The notes: a model not told the origin generated them from the sequence alone. A DNA stretch of 64,000 nucleotides from Candidatus Methanosuratincola verstraetei (GCA_049570475.1 CP186953.1:512001-576000), one strand, 5' to 3'. Positions 49,111-59,249 are shown, counted from the first letter of the stretch. A program made the numbers and translations.

Positions 49111-49923
49111 TTAAGATGCCTCCTTTGCATTTTCAAGCGCGATCCTAATCGACTCAAATTTATCCTTCAGTACTTCGCATGCAGCAAAAATGAGCTCTTG
49201 CGGGGATAGCGATCCCTCGCTTTCGAGCATCAGCATCGCATTCGCAGGGTTATACGACACGGAAATCGCCCCGTTGGGGCACGCCTCGACGCACTCCTTG
49301 CAGAGAGTGCAGTCCCAGACGGAGATGACCTTCAATTTGTTCCCCTCTATTGCGAGTATCTTCTTAGGGCAGGCCTGGACGCATTTTGCTGAAAGTGAGC
49401 ATTTCTCTGTGTCAATCTCAATAATCGGCTCGTATTTGACGACCGCACCCGAAACAGGCTGCCACTTGGCGTGCTCTCTCCCGGATCCGAGCCGCGCGTG
49501 AGCCTCCAAGGCGATCCTCTGGCCCTTGTTCAGAACGGCGATTGGGATGTCGTTGTTAGCAACAAAAACTGAGCCCTCGGGCTTGAGCCTGCCAGAGTAA
49601 ACAGTATAAGCGTCTTCAGGAGCCTCGACTTCAAGAGTTAGTATCGCCTCGCAGCGAGGGCACCCCTTGCCACCGCATTCGCAGTTGGAGGGGTGAACCA
49701 GACCTTCACCGCCCTTCAGCGGGATCAGCCCAATCCTGTGGGCGATTATCTCGTCATAAAGGACACCCGAGTTCTCGGCTATGAACACTTTGTCGACGGC
49801 CGGGACGGCTACATCTGCCATCACTGTCCTCCTGATGGCATTTATGAATGAGGGATCCACGCCCCTTGCGATGATCGTGAACCTCGCGCCGCGATTGCCG
49901 AGAACTTCAACGTCCATGCACAT
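49111..49923 (-). CDS. rpoD: RNA polymerase subunit D (Rpo3) with a ferredoxin-like domain
   Basis: NAIRR, DEIIAHRIGLIP, EHAKW, C..C..CV.ACP. Confidence 0.96.
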   Translation of the reverse strand: MCMDVEVLGNRGARFTIIARGVDPSFINAIRRTVMADVAVPAVDKVFIAENSGVLYDEIIAHRIGLIPLKGGEGLVHPSNCECGGKGCPRCEAILTLEVEAPEDAYTVYSGRLKPEGSVFVANNDIPIAVLNKGQRIALEAHARLGSGREHAKWQPVSGAVVKYEPIIEIDTEKCSLSAKCVQACPKKILAIEGNKLKVISVWDCTLCKECVEACPNGAISVSYNPANAMLMLESEGSLSPQELIFAACEVLKDKFESIRIALENAKEAS

Positions 49924-49980
49924 TGACCTCCAACACGGTTTTTGAAGTGAAAGAATAAAGAAGGTATTTAAGCCTTCGTT

Positions 49981-50382
49981 TTAGACTCTCCTTCCCCTCC
50001 TTCCACCTGGCCTCCTTGTCGTGTCATGTGGTATCGGGGTCACGTCCTCTATCCTTCCGATCATCAGACCGGCCCTTGCCAAGGCCCTGATGGCCGCCTG
50101 GGCACCGGGTCCCGGGGTCTTGCTCTTGTGCCCGCCTGGAGCCCTCACCTTGATGTGGATGCCGCTTATCCCCTTCTCGAGGGCCTCTTGTGCAGCCCTT
50201 GTCGCAGCCACCATAGCAGCATATGGAGAGGGCTTCTCTCGGTCAGCCTTGACGATCCTGCCGCCCGACTGGAATGCTACGGTCTCGGCACCCGTGAGGT
50301 CGGTGATGTGCACAATAGTATTGTTGTAGGAGCTGTATATGTTAGCTACTCCCCACTTCATGCCTTTGTCCATCCTTGACAT
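49981..50382 (-). CDS. rps11: 30S ribosomal protein S11
   Basis: [40 protein letters not shown]. Confidence 0.98.
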   Translation of the reverse strand: MSRMDKGMKWGVANIYSSYNNTIVHITDLTGAETVAFQSGGRIVKADREKPSPYAAMVAATRAAQEALEKGISGIHIKVRAPGGHKSKTPGPGAQAAIRALARAGLMIGRIEDVTPIPHDTTRRPGGRRGRRV

Positions 50383-50384
50383 GC

Positions 50385-50894
50385 CTAAGCCTCCTGTTGA
50401 GCTGCCTCGGGTGAGGCTAGCTTGATATCGCAAGTTATCTTCGGCTCTTCATCCCTCTTTACCATATAACCAGGCGACGTCACCCTGCGCCCATCAAGGA
50501 GCACATGCCCGTGCACTATAAGCTGCCTTGACTGGTACGGAGTCGCTGCGAATCCGAGCTTCATGACCACGCTCTGGAGCCTCCTGTCCAATATGTTCTC
50601 CACGCTGAGGCCCAGGACGTTGTCGAGGACAGCCTCCTCGCTCAGAAGACCGAGGCTAGAGAGGCGCTGAATTAGTTTCTTCTCCTCAGCCGCTCTGACC
50701 TCAGGGTCTTCGATGGCAAGGATCTCGCTGGCTCTCTCCCTAAAAGACTTGAGATTGGTCGCGGCTGTCCAGAGCTCCCTCTTGTTCCTCAGGCCATACT
50801 TTCCCAGGAGCGCGAGCTCTGAGACTAGGCTCTCCTTCCTCCAAGGATGCCTCGGGCCTTGCCATTTCCTCCTGCTTTTCTTTGGATCACCCAT
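50385..50894 (-). CDS. rps4: 30S ribosomal protein S4
   Basis: [27 protein letters not shown]. Confidence 0.97.
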   Translation of the reverse strand: MGDPKKSRRKWQGPRHPWRKESLVSELALLGKYGLRNKRELWTAATNLKSFRERASEILAIEDPEVRAAEEKKLIQRLSSLGLLSEEAVLDNVLGLSVENILDRRLQSVVMKLGFAATPYQSRQLIVHGHVLLDGRRVTSPGYMVKRDEEPKITCDIKLASPEAAQQEA

Positions 50895-50904
50895 TTCAGA
50901 TCAC

Positions 50905-51390
50905 CTACTGCTTGGCCTCCTGTGAAGCGCCTCCTGCAGCTGCAGTTGCAGCTTTCCTAGCTACACCTACAGATGGACCAAACCTTCCAGTGGTCCTTGT
51001 GCACTGACCGCGGACCTTCAGTCCCAGGGAGTGCCTGACGCCCTTCCAGCTCCTTATCTTCTTCATCAGGTCTATGTCTGACTTCATGCCAACTACCAAG
51101 TCCGATCCCAGCAGGTGCTGGTCCTGACCAGTGAAGGGATCCTTCCTCCTGTTCAGCATGTAACTCGGGAACTTGGATGAGATGCCCGAAAGGGCCTCCT
51201 CTAGCCGCTTAATGTCACTGTCCTGGAGGTAGCCTACGCGGGCCTCGGGATCGACCCCGCAGCTCCGAGTGAGTGCGTATGCCATATTGATTCCGATACC
51301 CCTTATTCTGCTAAGGGAGTAGGCTACTTTCTCCTCCCCCTTCAGGTCGGTATCGATCAGCCTAACTATGTGTCTGTATGAGGAACTCAA
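50905..51390 (-). CDS. rps13: 30S ribosomal protein S13
   Basis: IRGIG, NRRKD..TG, WKG.RH..GLKVRGQ.T.TTGR. Confidence 0.97.
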   Translation of the reverse strand: MSSSYRHIVRLIDTDLKGEEKVAYSLSRIRGIGINMAYALTRSCGVDPEARVGYLQDSDIKRLEEALSGISSKFPSYMLNRRKDPFTGQDQHLLGSDLVVGMKSDIDLMKKIRSWKGVRHSLGLKVRGQCTRTTGRFGPSVGVARKAATAAAGGASQEAKQ

Positions 51391-51545
51391 TAGACGCATC
51401 CCCTTCTTAAAGGCAAATAAAGAATAATATGAAAGTATTTAACTCTAACGCCTCGCAGGCACGGTGGCACCGCGCATAGGCCGAAGCGAACCCCCCTCCA
51501 GAGGATGAAAGTTTTTTCAAGTGGCGGGAAAAATGATGGAGGCGA

Positions 51546-51671
51546 TGGCGCCGAGGGGGGGATTTGAACCCCCGAGACCCTTACGAGTCACAAGCTCTCA
51601 GGAAGAGCCCTAGCCTTCTCCAGGCATGAGCCCTCATGGGATTGCTCCCTACCAGGCTAGGATACCTCGGC
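51546..51671 (-). tRNA. tRNA-Ser(GGA) with two introns (29/30: 51626-51641; 37/38: 51597-51617), CCA encoded
   Basis: Acceptor GCCGAGG/CCTCGGC, G73, long variable arm; removing both introns gives CAAGC-CTGGAGA-GCTTG; sits in the known tRNA-Ser slot before S13. Confidence 0.88.
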
Positions 51672-51724
51672 TTGTACCTCCCTAACAAATGGAGGCGGAT
51701 ATTTTTTTGCTTTTTCCTCGCCTG

Positions 51725-52363
51725 TCAATCGTGCTGATCCCTGATTTTAGCATTGCCTGGAGCGTTCTTGAAGGATCTGAAGACCCTGTAGCCGCTCTTT
51801 TTTGAGACGGTCGTTACATTTTGGAAAACATCTTCCATCTTCCTTGGGATCGCGTTTACCCCTTTGCGGAGCACTATCTGCAAGAAGCCCCCTTCGCGAA
51901 GGTGACCGAAAGCCCCCTCAATCATCGGAAAGATCGTCTTGTAGCCTGCAGCCAAGGGCGGGTTCGAGACGATTGCGTCGAAGGACCGACCACCCAGCAG
52001 CGAGTACAAGTCGCTGTGCAGGACTTCAGCGTTCTTGACATCATTTCTCTCGATGTTCTCCCTGACCAGCTTCACGGCCGCGGGATTGACATCGACCATC
52101 GTGACTTTAATCGCAGGGTAAAGCTTTGCAATGGCGATCCCTATCGCGCCGTAACCGCACCCCATGTCCAACACTTCGCCTGAATCGGGCAGCTCCAGGC
52201 TGTCTATGAGCACGATGGTACCCAAGTCGACCTTGTCCTTTGAGAAGACCCCGCTCGAGCTGGCGAACTCAAGGAACTGACCCCTGATATTCAGTTTAAT
52301 TAAAAAACGCCTTTTTGGCTGCGCAGGCTTAGTGTCATAGTAGTGGCTAGCGCGCTGGTCCAT
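51725..52363 (-). CDS. RsmC-like class I SAM methyltransferase
   Basis: GVFS...VD.GT, LDMGCGYG, VD.N, SNPP. Confidence 0.9.
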   Translation of the reverse strand: MDQRASHYYDTKPAQPKRRFLIKLNIRGQFLEFASSSGVFSKDKVDLGTIVLIDSLELPDSGEVLDMGCGYGAIGIAIAKLYPAIKVTMVDVNPAAVKLVRENIERNDVKNAEVLHSDLYSLLGGRSFDAIVSNPPLAAGYKTIFPMIEGAFGHLREGGFLQIVLRKGVNAIPRKMEDVFQNVTTVSKKSGYRVFRSFKNAPGNAKIRDQHD

Positions 52364-52364
52364 A

Positions 52365-53411
52365 TCACTCGCCCGATGTCCATCCCTTCGGGTAAGTCCC
52401 CGGCTCCATGACTATCCTTTCGGTGTCGGCGATAATCCCGCTTTCGGATCTTATGCACTCCTCGCTGCTGAGCCTTGCCTTTGCAATCCCAACGAGCTCG
52501 CCCTTACCTGTCATTATGCAAATCGTGTCTCCGGGCTTGACGCCCTTGCTTATCCTGAGTAGACCGGGAGCCGCAAGGCTCGCCCCATGGCATATGGCGT
52601 CAACTGCAGAGTCCCTGATGACTGCCTTGGGGAAGTCGCCTATGAATTCCTCGATCGGCGAGACGACCGATCTGAGGGCTTTTTCATCCCCCCTCTCTTT
52701 CCAGAGCGTGATCGCATCGAGTAGCTCATGGAGCGTGTGCAACCCCTCATCCTCCCTGAATGGTCCTGCCCGCGTCCTCCGGAGCTCGCGCATGTGCGCG
52801 CCCACGCCCAAGACCTCGCCTAGATCGTGGCAGAGCTTCCTGATGTAGGTACCAGCCTCGCAGCTCACCCTCATCAGGACGTATTTGCCTTCCTTCTCCA
52901 GGATGTCGATCGAATAGATGTTCCTGACCCTTAGGGCGCGCTTCACTGCCGAACGCACGGGCGGCAATTGGTATATTGGGCCAATAAATTCGCTTATGGC
53001 ATCATCGAGGCGTTGCCTCGCAACATCCCCGTGGAGCTCCATTATGCAGACATACTCCTTCCCGGACCGCATTACAAAAGAGATTATCCTGGTTGCCCTC
53101 TCGAGGGTGATCGGCAGCACGCCGCTGACTTTTGGATCCAGGGTTCCGCCATGCCCAGCCCGGTTGAGCGAGAGGAGCCGCTTGACCCAAGCCACAACCT
53201 CGTGGCTGCTCGGACCTGGGGGCTTGTCCAGGTTAATCACTCCCGTTGCAAGGTACTCGTCAATTGGCCTCTCCCTGGGTGCCCACCCGTGCGATGGTCC
53301 CGAAGGCTCCTCGGCCTTTACAAGAAATTCACCGTTCAAAAAGACGCACCATTCATCACGAAATTTGTCCGCTGCTCTATTTATCTTATCCCCTGCCGAA
53401 ATTGGTCGCAA
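52365..53411 (-). CDS. cbf5: H/ACA pseudouridine synthase Cbf5 (no intron)
   Basis: DKPPGPSSHEV, GHGGTLDPKVSG, Q.PP.RSAVKR, GTYIRKLC, PUA domain. Confidence 0.97.
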   Translation of the reverse strand: MRPISAGDKINRAADKFRDEWCVFLNGEFLVKAEEPSGPSHGWAPRERPIDEYLATGVINLDKPPGPSSHEVVAWVKRLLSLNRAGHGGTLDPKVSGVLPITLERATRIISFVMRSGKEYVCIMELHGDVARQRLDDAISEFIGPIYQLPPVRSAVKRALRVRNIYSIDILEKEGKYVLMRVSCEAGTYIRKLCHDLGEVLGVGAHMRELRRTRAGPFREDEGLHTLHELLDAITLWKERGDEKALRSVVSPIEEFIGDFPKAVIRDSAVDAICHGASLAAPGLLRISKGVKPGDTICIMTGKGELVGIAKARLSSEECIRSESGIIADTERIVMEPGTYPKGWTSGE

Positions 53412-53958
53412 GATATAGGTCTATCACGGACTTGAGGAGGGTGACGATCTCTTCCTTGCCCCAGATGGAGGTGTTTACCACAAAATCATAGCCAGAGAGG
53501 TCTGAGATGTCGATCCCGTATATTGAGAGGTAACGCTGCCTCTCGATCTCCTGCCGCTCCTTCGTCCTCGCGACCGCTTCCTCGATAGGTATGCCCTCCC
53601 GTTCTGCTATCCGCCTGACCCTAACTTCGAAGGGGGCTGTGAGGTAAAAGCTCAGCTTCGGCATGCCCCTTGAGAACCAAGAGACAAGCCTGCCCTCGAG
53701 AATGCAGCCGCCTGAACGGGCGTACTCCTCTGTCCTCATGTCTATTTCCCTGTCAATCGAAGGATCGGAGGCAGATATTCTCGAGAGTTCCTCGACCGAG
53801 ATCCCCCTCTCCTTCGCGATCGAACGGAATATTGATCCGGCTGAATAGTGAGGCGCATTGTAGAGTTCGGCAAGCCTGGAGGCGCAGTGGGACTTGCCCG
53901 ATCCCGGCGGCCCGCTTATCGTGACCAAGAAACCTTTGGGGAGCGTTGGTTTTTCCAA
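53386..53958 (-). CDS. cmk: Cytidylate kinase (archaeal type)
   Basis: ISGPPGSGKS, SAG.IFR, EGRL, RY...YGID. Confidence 0.93.
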   Translation of the reverse strand: MEKPTLPKGFLVTISGPPGSGKSHCASRLAELYNAPHYSAGSIFRSIAKERGISVEELSRISASDPSIDREIDMRTEEYARSGGCILEGRLVSWFSRGMPKLSFYLTAPFEVRVRRIAEREGIPIEEAVARTKERQEIERQRYLSIYGIDISDLSGYDFVVNTSIWGKEEIVTLLKSVIDLYLATNFGRG

Positions 53959-53973
53959 GCCGAGCCACCCACC

Positions 53974-54495
53974 CTAGTCGGCGGCAGAAGGCAGCCCGAA
54001 GATCCGCTGAATAAGCGAGGAGACGCTGAATGAGGATAGGAGGTACCAGACCCAGAAGTTGAGATTCGTCCCAACAAACGGCAGTGAAATCGGGGACACT
54101 GCAACGGTCAATTGATTGTACCCGAAGACGGCATAGAAGATGTAATAGAATATGAAGAACGGGATGATCGTGAAGATCAGGGGCTTGAACTGCTCCTTGG
54201 ACATCTCGGCCTGTGCCGACTTGATCGTCTGCTCTTTCTTCTTCAGCCTTGCGATCGCTTTCTCGTCCTTTGATCGCAACGCCTGGGTGTATTCCTTCTG
54301 CCAGGCCCTGACCTCGGAGGTGCGCCTCCTAAGAAGGTCTATGTCTACCACAAGCCTTGTTACGCCTGACGAGATCACTGCCATGACGATCGTGATGAGG
54401 AAAACGGAGAGGACCGACAACGGGTATTCTTTGGCTGGACCCATTGCGCCCGATACGGCATTCACGATTGTCAAGTAGATCTCGTTCAGGTCCAT
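53974..54495 (-). CDS. DUF106 / EMC3-TMCO1 (Oxa1 superfamily) membrane protein
   Basis: TM, coiled coil, KPL..T.IP, WY.L.SF; usual slot after adk. Confidence 0.88.
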   Translation of the reverse strand: MDLNEIYLTIVNAVSGAMGPAKEYPLSVLSVFLITIVMAVISSGVTRLVVDIDLLRRRTSEVRAWQKEYTQALRSKDEKAIARLKKKEQTIKSAQAEMSKEQFKPLIFTIIPFFIFYYIFYAVFGYNQLTVAVSPISLPFVGTNLNFWVWYLLSSFSVSSLIQRIFGLPSAAD

Positions 54496-54499
54496 AAGG

Positions 54500-55096
54500 T
54501 CACTCCCCTTCGAAAAGCGAGGCTATCGCTTTGGCGGCCTCAAGGTGGCCGCCCTCCTTGTTCTTTGCTATCACGACCGTGCAACCAGTCTGTACTGAAA
54601 TTGCGGCGGCGCCGAATCTGCCCATCATCTGGTGTTCAGTGATCCTCTCTGGCGAGTCGGCCTCCCGCACGCGTATGGCAGCGTCCTTCCTCCGGCGCTT
54701 TGATATCTCTTCTGGCTCAGCCTCGAGGAGGACGATGGCGTCAGGCTTCAGCGACTCGGCTACCCAAGAAGGTATTCCTGGCATGTAGCCTTTGGGGGTG
54801 TTGATGAACATGTGCGTGTCGACTATCACGTTCCCCTTTGCCTTTCTAATCGTTTCTGATGCCTGAAGCTGAAGATCGATCTGGGTCTTCACAGGGAGGT
54901 GCCTCATCTCGTCCCTTGCCTTAACGAGCCCGCGTCTTGATGCCTCCTCGAACATGACGTTGCCATAATTTAGGAGCGAGACTTCCTTGCGGCTCTCGCG
55001 GCATAGCTCGAGGGCCGCGTTCAGCACGGTCGTCTTCCCGACACCCGGGACGCCGGTCACAATCACGATTTTTCCTCGATTTTCGACAGAAGACAT
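54500..55096 (-). CDS. adkA: Adenylate kinase (archaeal AdkA)
   Basis: TGVPGVGKTT, NYG..M, RDE.R, DTH, GY.PG.P. Confidence 0.95.
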   Translation of the reverse strand: MSSVENRGKIVIVTGVPGVGKTTVLNAALELCRESRKEVSLLNYGNVMFEEASRRGLVKARDEMRHLPVKTQIDLQLQASETIRKAKGNVIVDTHMFINTPKGYMPGIPSWVAESLKPDAIVLLEAEPEEISKRRRKDAAIRVREADSPERITEHQMMGRFGAAAISVQTGCTVVIAKNKEGGHLEAAKAIASLFEGE

Positions 55097-55106
55097 CCCA
55101 AACACC

Positions 55107-56522
55107 TCACTCCTGACCAAGCAGCCTTCCAAGACCTGGGTAGGTCTCGGCGAGCTGCTCTTTCGCAAGTATCTGGTAGTACTGGTATATAATGCCAACA
55201 GAGAGCAGTATCCCTATGCCGCTGCCGATAGCGCCCAGCATGTCCGCAAAGCCTGCCAGGAGCCCTATCGTTATGCCGCTCAGTATTGTGAGGGGCGGGA
55301 TGTACCTGTTCAGCATGGACTCAATCACGGCGGGCGATCTCCTGAATCCCGGTATCTGGAGGCCAGCATCAACAAGCTGCTCAGCCTGCCTCTTAGCGCT
55401 CATTCCAGAGACCTCGACCCAAATCTTGGCGAAGACCACCGAGAAGCCGACAAGGATCAGTATGTAAATCAGGGCATGAAATGGGTCATGTGCAACGGCC
55501 GCGAGGCTCCGCGGGGGCTGGATGTAGTACAGGAAGCTGCCAGGCATGAGGGTGTAGTTCGCGTCGAACTGCACCAGCCAGTTCAGCCACGGATTTGCGT
55601 TCCCCTGGTTGAAGTTGTTCCAGATCACCTGGCCGAAGTAGTAGAAGTTTGCGAACAGTGCAGAGGTGAGTATGACAGGTATGTTGGATACGTACAGGAA
55701 TTTTAGCGGGATCTTGGCGCGCATGCCACCGTACTTGGCGTATGCGACGGGTATCTCTATCTTCATCCCTTCAAGGTAGACTGCCACAAAGAAGACCAAG
55801 AGCATAGCCAGGAAGCCTACCATGTCAGGGTAAGGATACCTCGAGAAGGCATGCAGGATGTTCTCTCCGCTGAATATTGTCTGGAAGAAGGCAATTATTG
55901 CGCCTAGGGCCTTGCCGTCAGCGACCGGGCCCACCGGAGAGAAGCATAGCCAGACGACCTGCTGCGCGACTCCCGCAAGTATGAAGAGGCTTATCCCGCT
56001 GCCGAGACCCCAACCCTTCTGTACCATCTCGTCGAGGAGCAGCACGAGTATGCCTACTGCCAATAGCTGACATATGATCAGCACGGATGCGGTTGCCGTC
56101 GTTGCGCCGTAAGAACCCCCCAAGAGGAAGGCTACGGCCTCTACAACAGTCATGACAATAGCGAATATCTTTTGGGTCCCTGTAAAGAGGCCCCTGTCCT
56201 TCGGGTTGGACATGTTGACGTTGAGTATCTTGGAGCCCGCAAGTATCTGCATGATCAGCCCAGCGGTGACTATAGGGCCTATCCCGAGATCCATCAGGGT
56301 GCCCTTCTTCGATGCGAAGATGATCCGGTATATGAGGAACTGCTCAAACGTTCCTCCCGAAAAAGGGACCCCGTAGAGCGGGATCTCGGCCATGATGAGG
56401 TAAATTGAGAGTGCCAGTATAGTCCAGAGCGCCTTCTCCTTGAGGCTGACCTTGCGCTGCGGCTTCGGTATCTCTGGAAGGCGCCTGACTAGCGGATCCA
56501 TGAGCTCCAAAAATCGGGGCAT
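55107..56522 (-). CDS. secY: Preprotein translocase SecY
   Basis: GTLM.LGIGPIVTAG, GSGISLFI, YVSNIP.I, IPGFR, G.GILL. Confidence 0.98.
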   Translation of the reverse strand: MPRFLELMDPLVRRLPEIPKPQRKVSLKEKALWTILALSIYLIMAEIPLYGVPFSGGTFEQFLIYRIIFASKKGTLMDLGIGPIVTAGLIMQILAGSKILNVNMSNPKDRGLFTGTQKIFAIVMTVVEAVAFLLGGSYGATTATASVLIICQLLAVGILVLLLDEMVQKGWGLGSGISLFILAGVAQQVVWLCFSPVGPVADGKALGAIIAFFQTIFSGENILHAFSRYPYPDMVGFLAMLLVFFVAVYLEGMKIEIPVAYAKYGGMRAKIPLKFLYVSNIPVILTSALFANFYYFGQVIWNNFNQGNANPWLNWLVQFDANYTLMPGSFLYYIQPPRSLAAVAHDPFHALIYILILVGFSVVFAKIWVEVSGMSAKRQAEQLVDAGLQIPGFRRSPAVIESMLNRYIPPLTILSGITIGLLAGFADMLGAIGSGIGILLSVGIIYQYYQILAKEQLAETYPGLGRLLGQE

Positions 56523-56546
56523 GTGCCTCTCACTCGTGGACGCCTA

Positions 56547-56981
56547 TCACTCGGCAGCTATGACTTCGCCGCCTGCATCGGCGATCTTCTTCTTTGCGAG
56601 CTCGGTGAATTTGACCGCCTTGACAACGACAGGGAAGTCGATCTTCCCCCCTCCGAGGAGCTTGTCGTAGCCTAGCGAAGAGAGGTCAACCATTGCCCTC
56701 CCCTTATCGTCCTTCTCGACCACCTTGCCCTCTATCAAGGACTGGAGGGATCCCACGTTTATCGCAGAGACTTCCTCAAGGACTGCATCGGGCCTGACAA
56801 ATCCGTCCTTACCGAAATGATCCTTGCCGTATTTCACAGTCCAGCTCCACTTGTGCTTGTGAAGGCCTGCATTTCCGAAACCGCCTCGCATCCCCGACTT
56901 CCTGTGCTGCCCAATTGTGCCCCAACCGTAGAGCCTGGAGCCGCGCTGTCTGCGGACTTTTCGATCTCTTCTGACGACCAT
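56547..56981 (-). CDS. rpl15: 50S ribosomal protein L15 (uL15)
   Basis: RGSR..G.G, GG.GNAG..KH, FGK.GF, KLLG.G. Confidence 0.96.
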   Translation of the reverse strand: MVVRRDRKVRRQRGSRLYGWGTIGQHRKSGMRGGFGNAGLHKHKWSWTVKYGKDHFGKDGFVRPDAVLEEVSAINVGSLQSLIEGKVVEKDDKGRAMVDLSSLGYDKLLGGGKIDFPVVVKAVKFTELAKKKIADAGGEVIAAE

Positions 56982-57141
56982 TTGTAAACACCACTAGGAT
57001 TAGCGTTTAGAAGAAAGATGCCTATCTTAAATATTTTTACCTTTTGGATGGCGCGGCGAAACCGGTTCAGAATTATGGCATCATTCAAAGAAAAAGCTCT
57101 GACGCTTTCGTGGATAAGAAAGGGGAAAAGAGGCGGATGCG

Positions 57142-57600
57142 CTAAATCATCTTGCGAAGCAGCTCAACGATCGCCGCTCCTCGGTACCCCAGCTCTCCGC
57201 CCGATTTCAGATGCCTCGTGATGTGCCTCTTGAAGCCTCCGCTTGGGGGCGTAAGCCGGAACGTCTTCTTTATCGGCGGGACGACAGCACCCTCTTTCAG
57301 CATCACCTCAGCCAGTTCCTCGAATGTTCCAAGCGAGAGCTCTTTGAGTGCCTCTTCGCTGAGGCGCTTGTCTCCCGGGAGGCGCCCCCTCTTCTTAAGG
57401 AGCTCGACCAGCGCAGGCTGATCAATCTCCCCCCATGTAACGTAGTCCGCGACCTTGTTCAGCATCCCGATATTCGAAGGGGTATCAGAGATGAGCGTTG
57501 CAGAGAACTTTGATGGGAGGTTCATCCTCGAGAGTGTGTCTAGTATCTCTGGGGCAACCCCCATTTCGCCCCTTAGGCGTATTACAAGGTATGTCTTCAT
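57142..57600 (-). CDS. rpl30: 50S ribosomal protein L30 (uL30)
   Basis: IRLRG, GML.KV..YVTWGE, FRL.PP.GG, GELGYRG. Confidence 0.96.
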   Translation of the reverse strand: MKTYLVIRLRGEMGVAPEILDTLSRMNLPSKFSATLISDTPSNIGMLNKVADYVTWGEIDQPALVELLKKRGRLPGDKRLSEEALKELSLGTFEELAEVMLKEGAVVPPIKKTFRLTPPSGGFKRHITRHLKSGGELGYRGAAIVELLRKMI

Positions 57601-57610
57601 TTTCAAAACC

Positions 57611-58216
57611 TCACCGCTTGAACCTGTAAGTGTTCTTGAGCGCATCGTAGACTGCACCAGCGAAATTGATGGTAGTCCTCGTCTCGCCGAATGAGACCAC
57701 CCATGCGTCCTTGATGCCTGCGTACCGCAGTATCGTTTTGGCAACCTCTCCGCCAACGAGCCCGATGCCCTTGGGGGCAGGCAAGAGCACCACGGATACG
57801 CTCCCATTCTTGCCTGTGACCTTGAACGGAAGGCTGTGCGGCTTGCCGCACGGGCACTCCCAGTTACCGCAGCCCCTCCTCACCGGGGTGAGGTTTAGCT
57901 TTGCGTCGGCCACGGCCTTATCAATTGCGAAGCGCATCTGCTTCGACTTACCTATGCCAACACCGATGTATCCGTCACCGTTTCCGACTACGACGCCAAT
58001 CTTGAACTTTGTGATCTCGCCTGCGTCGGTCTGCTTCTGGACGACACTGACGTCGAGGACCTCGTGCTTTATGTCGGGCAGCAGTGCGTCGACTATCTCC
58101 GGCTCCTTGATCGGCTGGTTCTGCTCGAATACCTCTTTGATGCTCGTGATCTTGCCTTCTAATACAGCCTTCCCGAGCGATGTCCTCGGGATCCACTGGG
58201 TTGTTTGGTACGACAA
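57611..58216 (-). CDS. rps5: 30S ribosomal protein S5
   Basis: W.PRT.LG, KEPEIVD, RRGCG.WEC, PAPKG.GLV. Confidence 0.97.
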   Translation of the reverse strand: MSYQTTQWIPRTSLGKAVLEGKITSIKEVFEQNQPIKEPEIVDALLPDIKHEVLDVSVVQKQTDAGEITKFKIGVVVGNGDGYIGVGIGKSKQMRFAIDKAVADAKLNLTPVRRGCGNWECPCGKPHSLPFKVTGKNGSVSVVLLPAPKGIGLVGGEVAKTILRYAGIKDAWVVSFGETRTTINFAGAVYDALKNTYRFKR

Positions 58217-58217
58217 C

Positions 58218-58808
58218 TCATTTCACCTCTTTCTCGATCGCAGCCTTGACGCTTTCGAAGTGTTCGACAATGCCCTCAGGGGGCAGCTCGCTCTTAAGGT
58301 AGCTTGAGAACATTCGCTGGTACTTTGCCGGATCCTCGCTCTGGAGGGCAGAGGCATATTCCGCAATTGCGGTTCCTTTTGTCCTATCCTCATCAGGCAG
58401 GATCTCTTCGCCGTGCGGTATTTCCATCCCGGAGTCGATCGCGCCCTTCATTGCGTTCAGTATGCGGTTAGACTTGGTTACTGCGTACCCGTTTATGTCC
58501 ACAATGGCCTTGCTGATTCCCTTGGCAAGCGCCTTCTTCCCTATGAGAAAACCGGCGAGGTATGCAGCAGGCACATTGCCCGTGCCGCCCTTCCAACCGT
58601 ACTTCCTCAGCTCCGCAGTGCTTGCTGAGACCAAGACCTTGTCGCCTTCTATCCTCGCCTCCACAAGCTGGAGATAGGTGTGCTTGAGGCTCCGCCTAAT
58701 CACTAGACGCGGAAGCCTGCTCGATATGAGCCTCTTCCTTAGGCGATAATCAGTCCTGTTCTCACGCCTTCTCCGGAAGGCGACCCTGTAAATCGTTCCC
58801 TTTGCCAA
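58218..58808 (-). CDS. rpl18: 50S ribosomal protein L18 (uL18)
   Basis: FRRRRE..TDY..R, RLV.R.S, N.PAAYL.G. Confidence 0.97.
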   Translation of the reverse strand: MAKGTIYRVAFRRRRENRTDYRLRKRLISSRLPRLVIRRSLKHTYLQLVEARIEGDKVLVSASTAELRKYGWKGGTGNVPAAYLAGFLIGKKALAKGISKAIVDINGYAVTKSNRILNAMKGAIDSGMEIPHGEEILPDEDRTKGTAIAEYASALQSEDPAKYQRMFSSYLKSELPPEGIVEHFESVKAAIEKEVK

Positions 58809-58814
58809 TTACCA

Positions 58815-59249
58815 TTACCTCCTTGCCAAACCGTGCTCCTCGATATATGTCTTGAGCTGCCTCTTGTCGTGGAAAGCGCCACCCTTTGCCTTCAGGTACA
58901 GCTCCCTGTAGACGCCAGGCGCGATTATCTTCCTCTTCTTCAGGAGGCGCAGGAAGGCGCGCATGGATCGTATGCGGAACTCCCACTCATCGCCCTCGAC
59001 CTTACCCTTACGGCTGCCGGGGCCCTTCCTCAAGCCCTTCTTCTTCTGGAGGTGGACCATCCGGTACCTGCCCCTGCTCACTCCCCTCTCTGGCCTGGCC
59101 TTAATCACTCCTTCTTTGATCAGGTTACGTATGTCTTCGCGGGTTATCGCTGCCACGACGTCCTCGAACCGGGTTGGGTCTATCCATACCCTAGTCTCCC
59201 CAACGCCGAGGACCTCTGCGGCTAGGCGCCTCTGATTGCTTAAGCTCAT
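58815..59249 (-). CDS. rpl19e: 50S ribosomal protein L19e
   Basis: QRRLAA, RVWIDP, TREDIR.L, GPGSRKG, Y.KAKGG. Confidence 0.97.
   Translation of the reverse strand: MSLSNQRRLAAEVLGVGETRVWIDPTRFEDVVAAITREDIRNLIKEGVIKARPERGVSRGRYRMVHLQKKKGLRKGPGSRKGKVEGDEWEFRIRSMRAFLRLLKKRKIIAPGVYRELYLKAKGGAFHDKRQLKTYIEEHGLARR

Noticed and set aside
51430-51545. Small hairpins between tRNA-Ser and rps13
   Set aside because: Weak pairing expected at this GC content; no recognisable motif
53120-53165. Intron in cbf5 at the known crenarchaeal site near the catalytic Asp
   Set aside because: The sequence reads GHGGTLDPKVSG without interruption; there is no insertion
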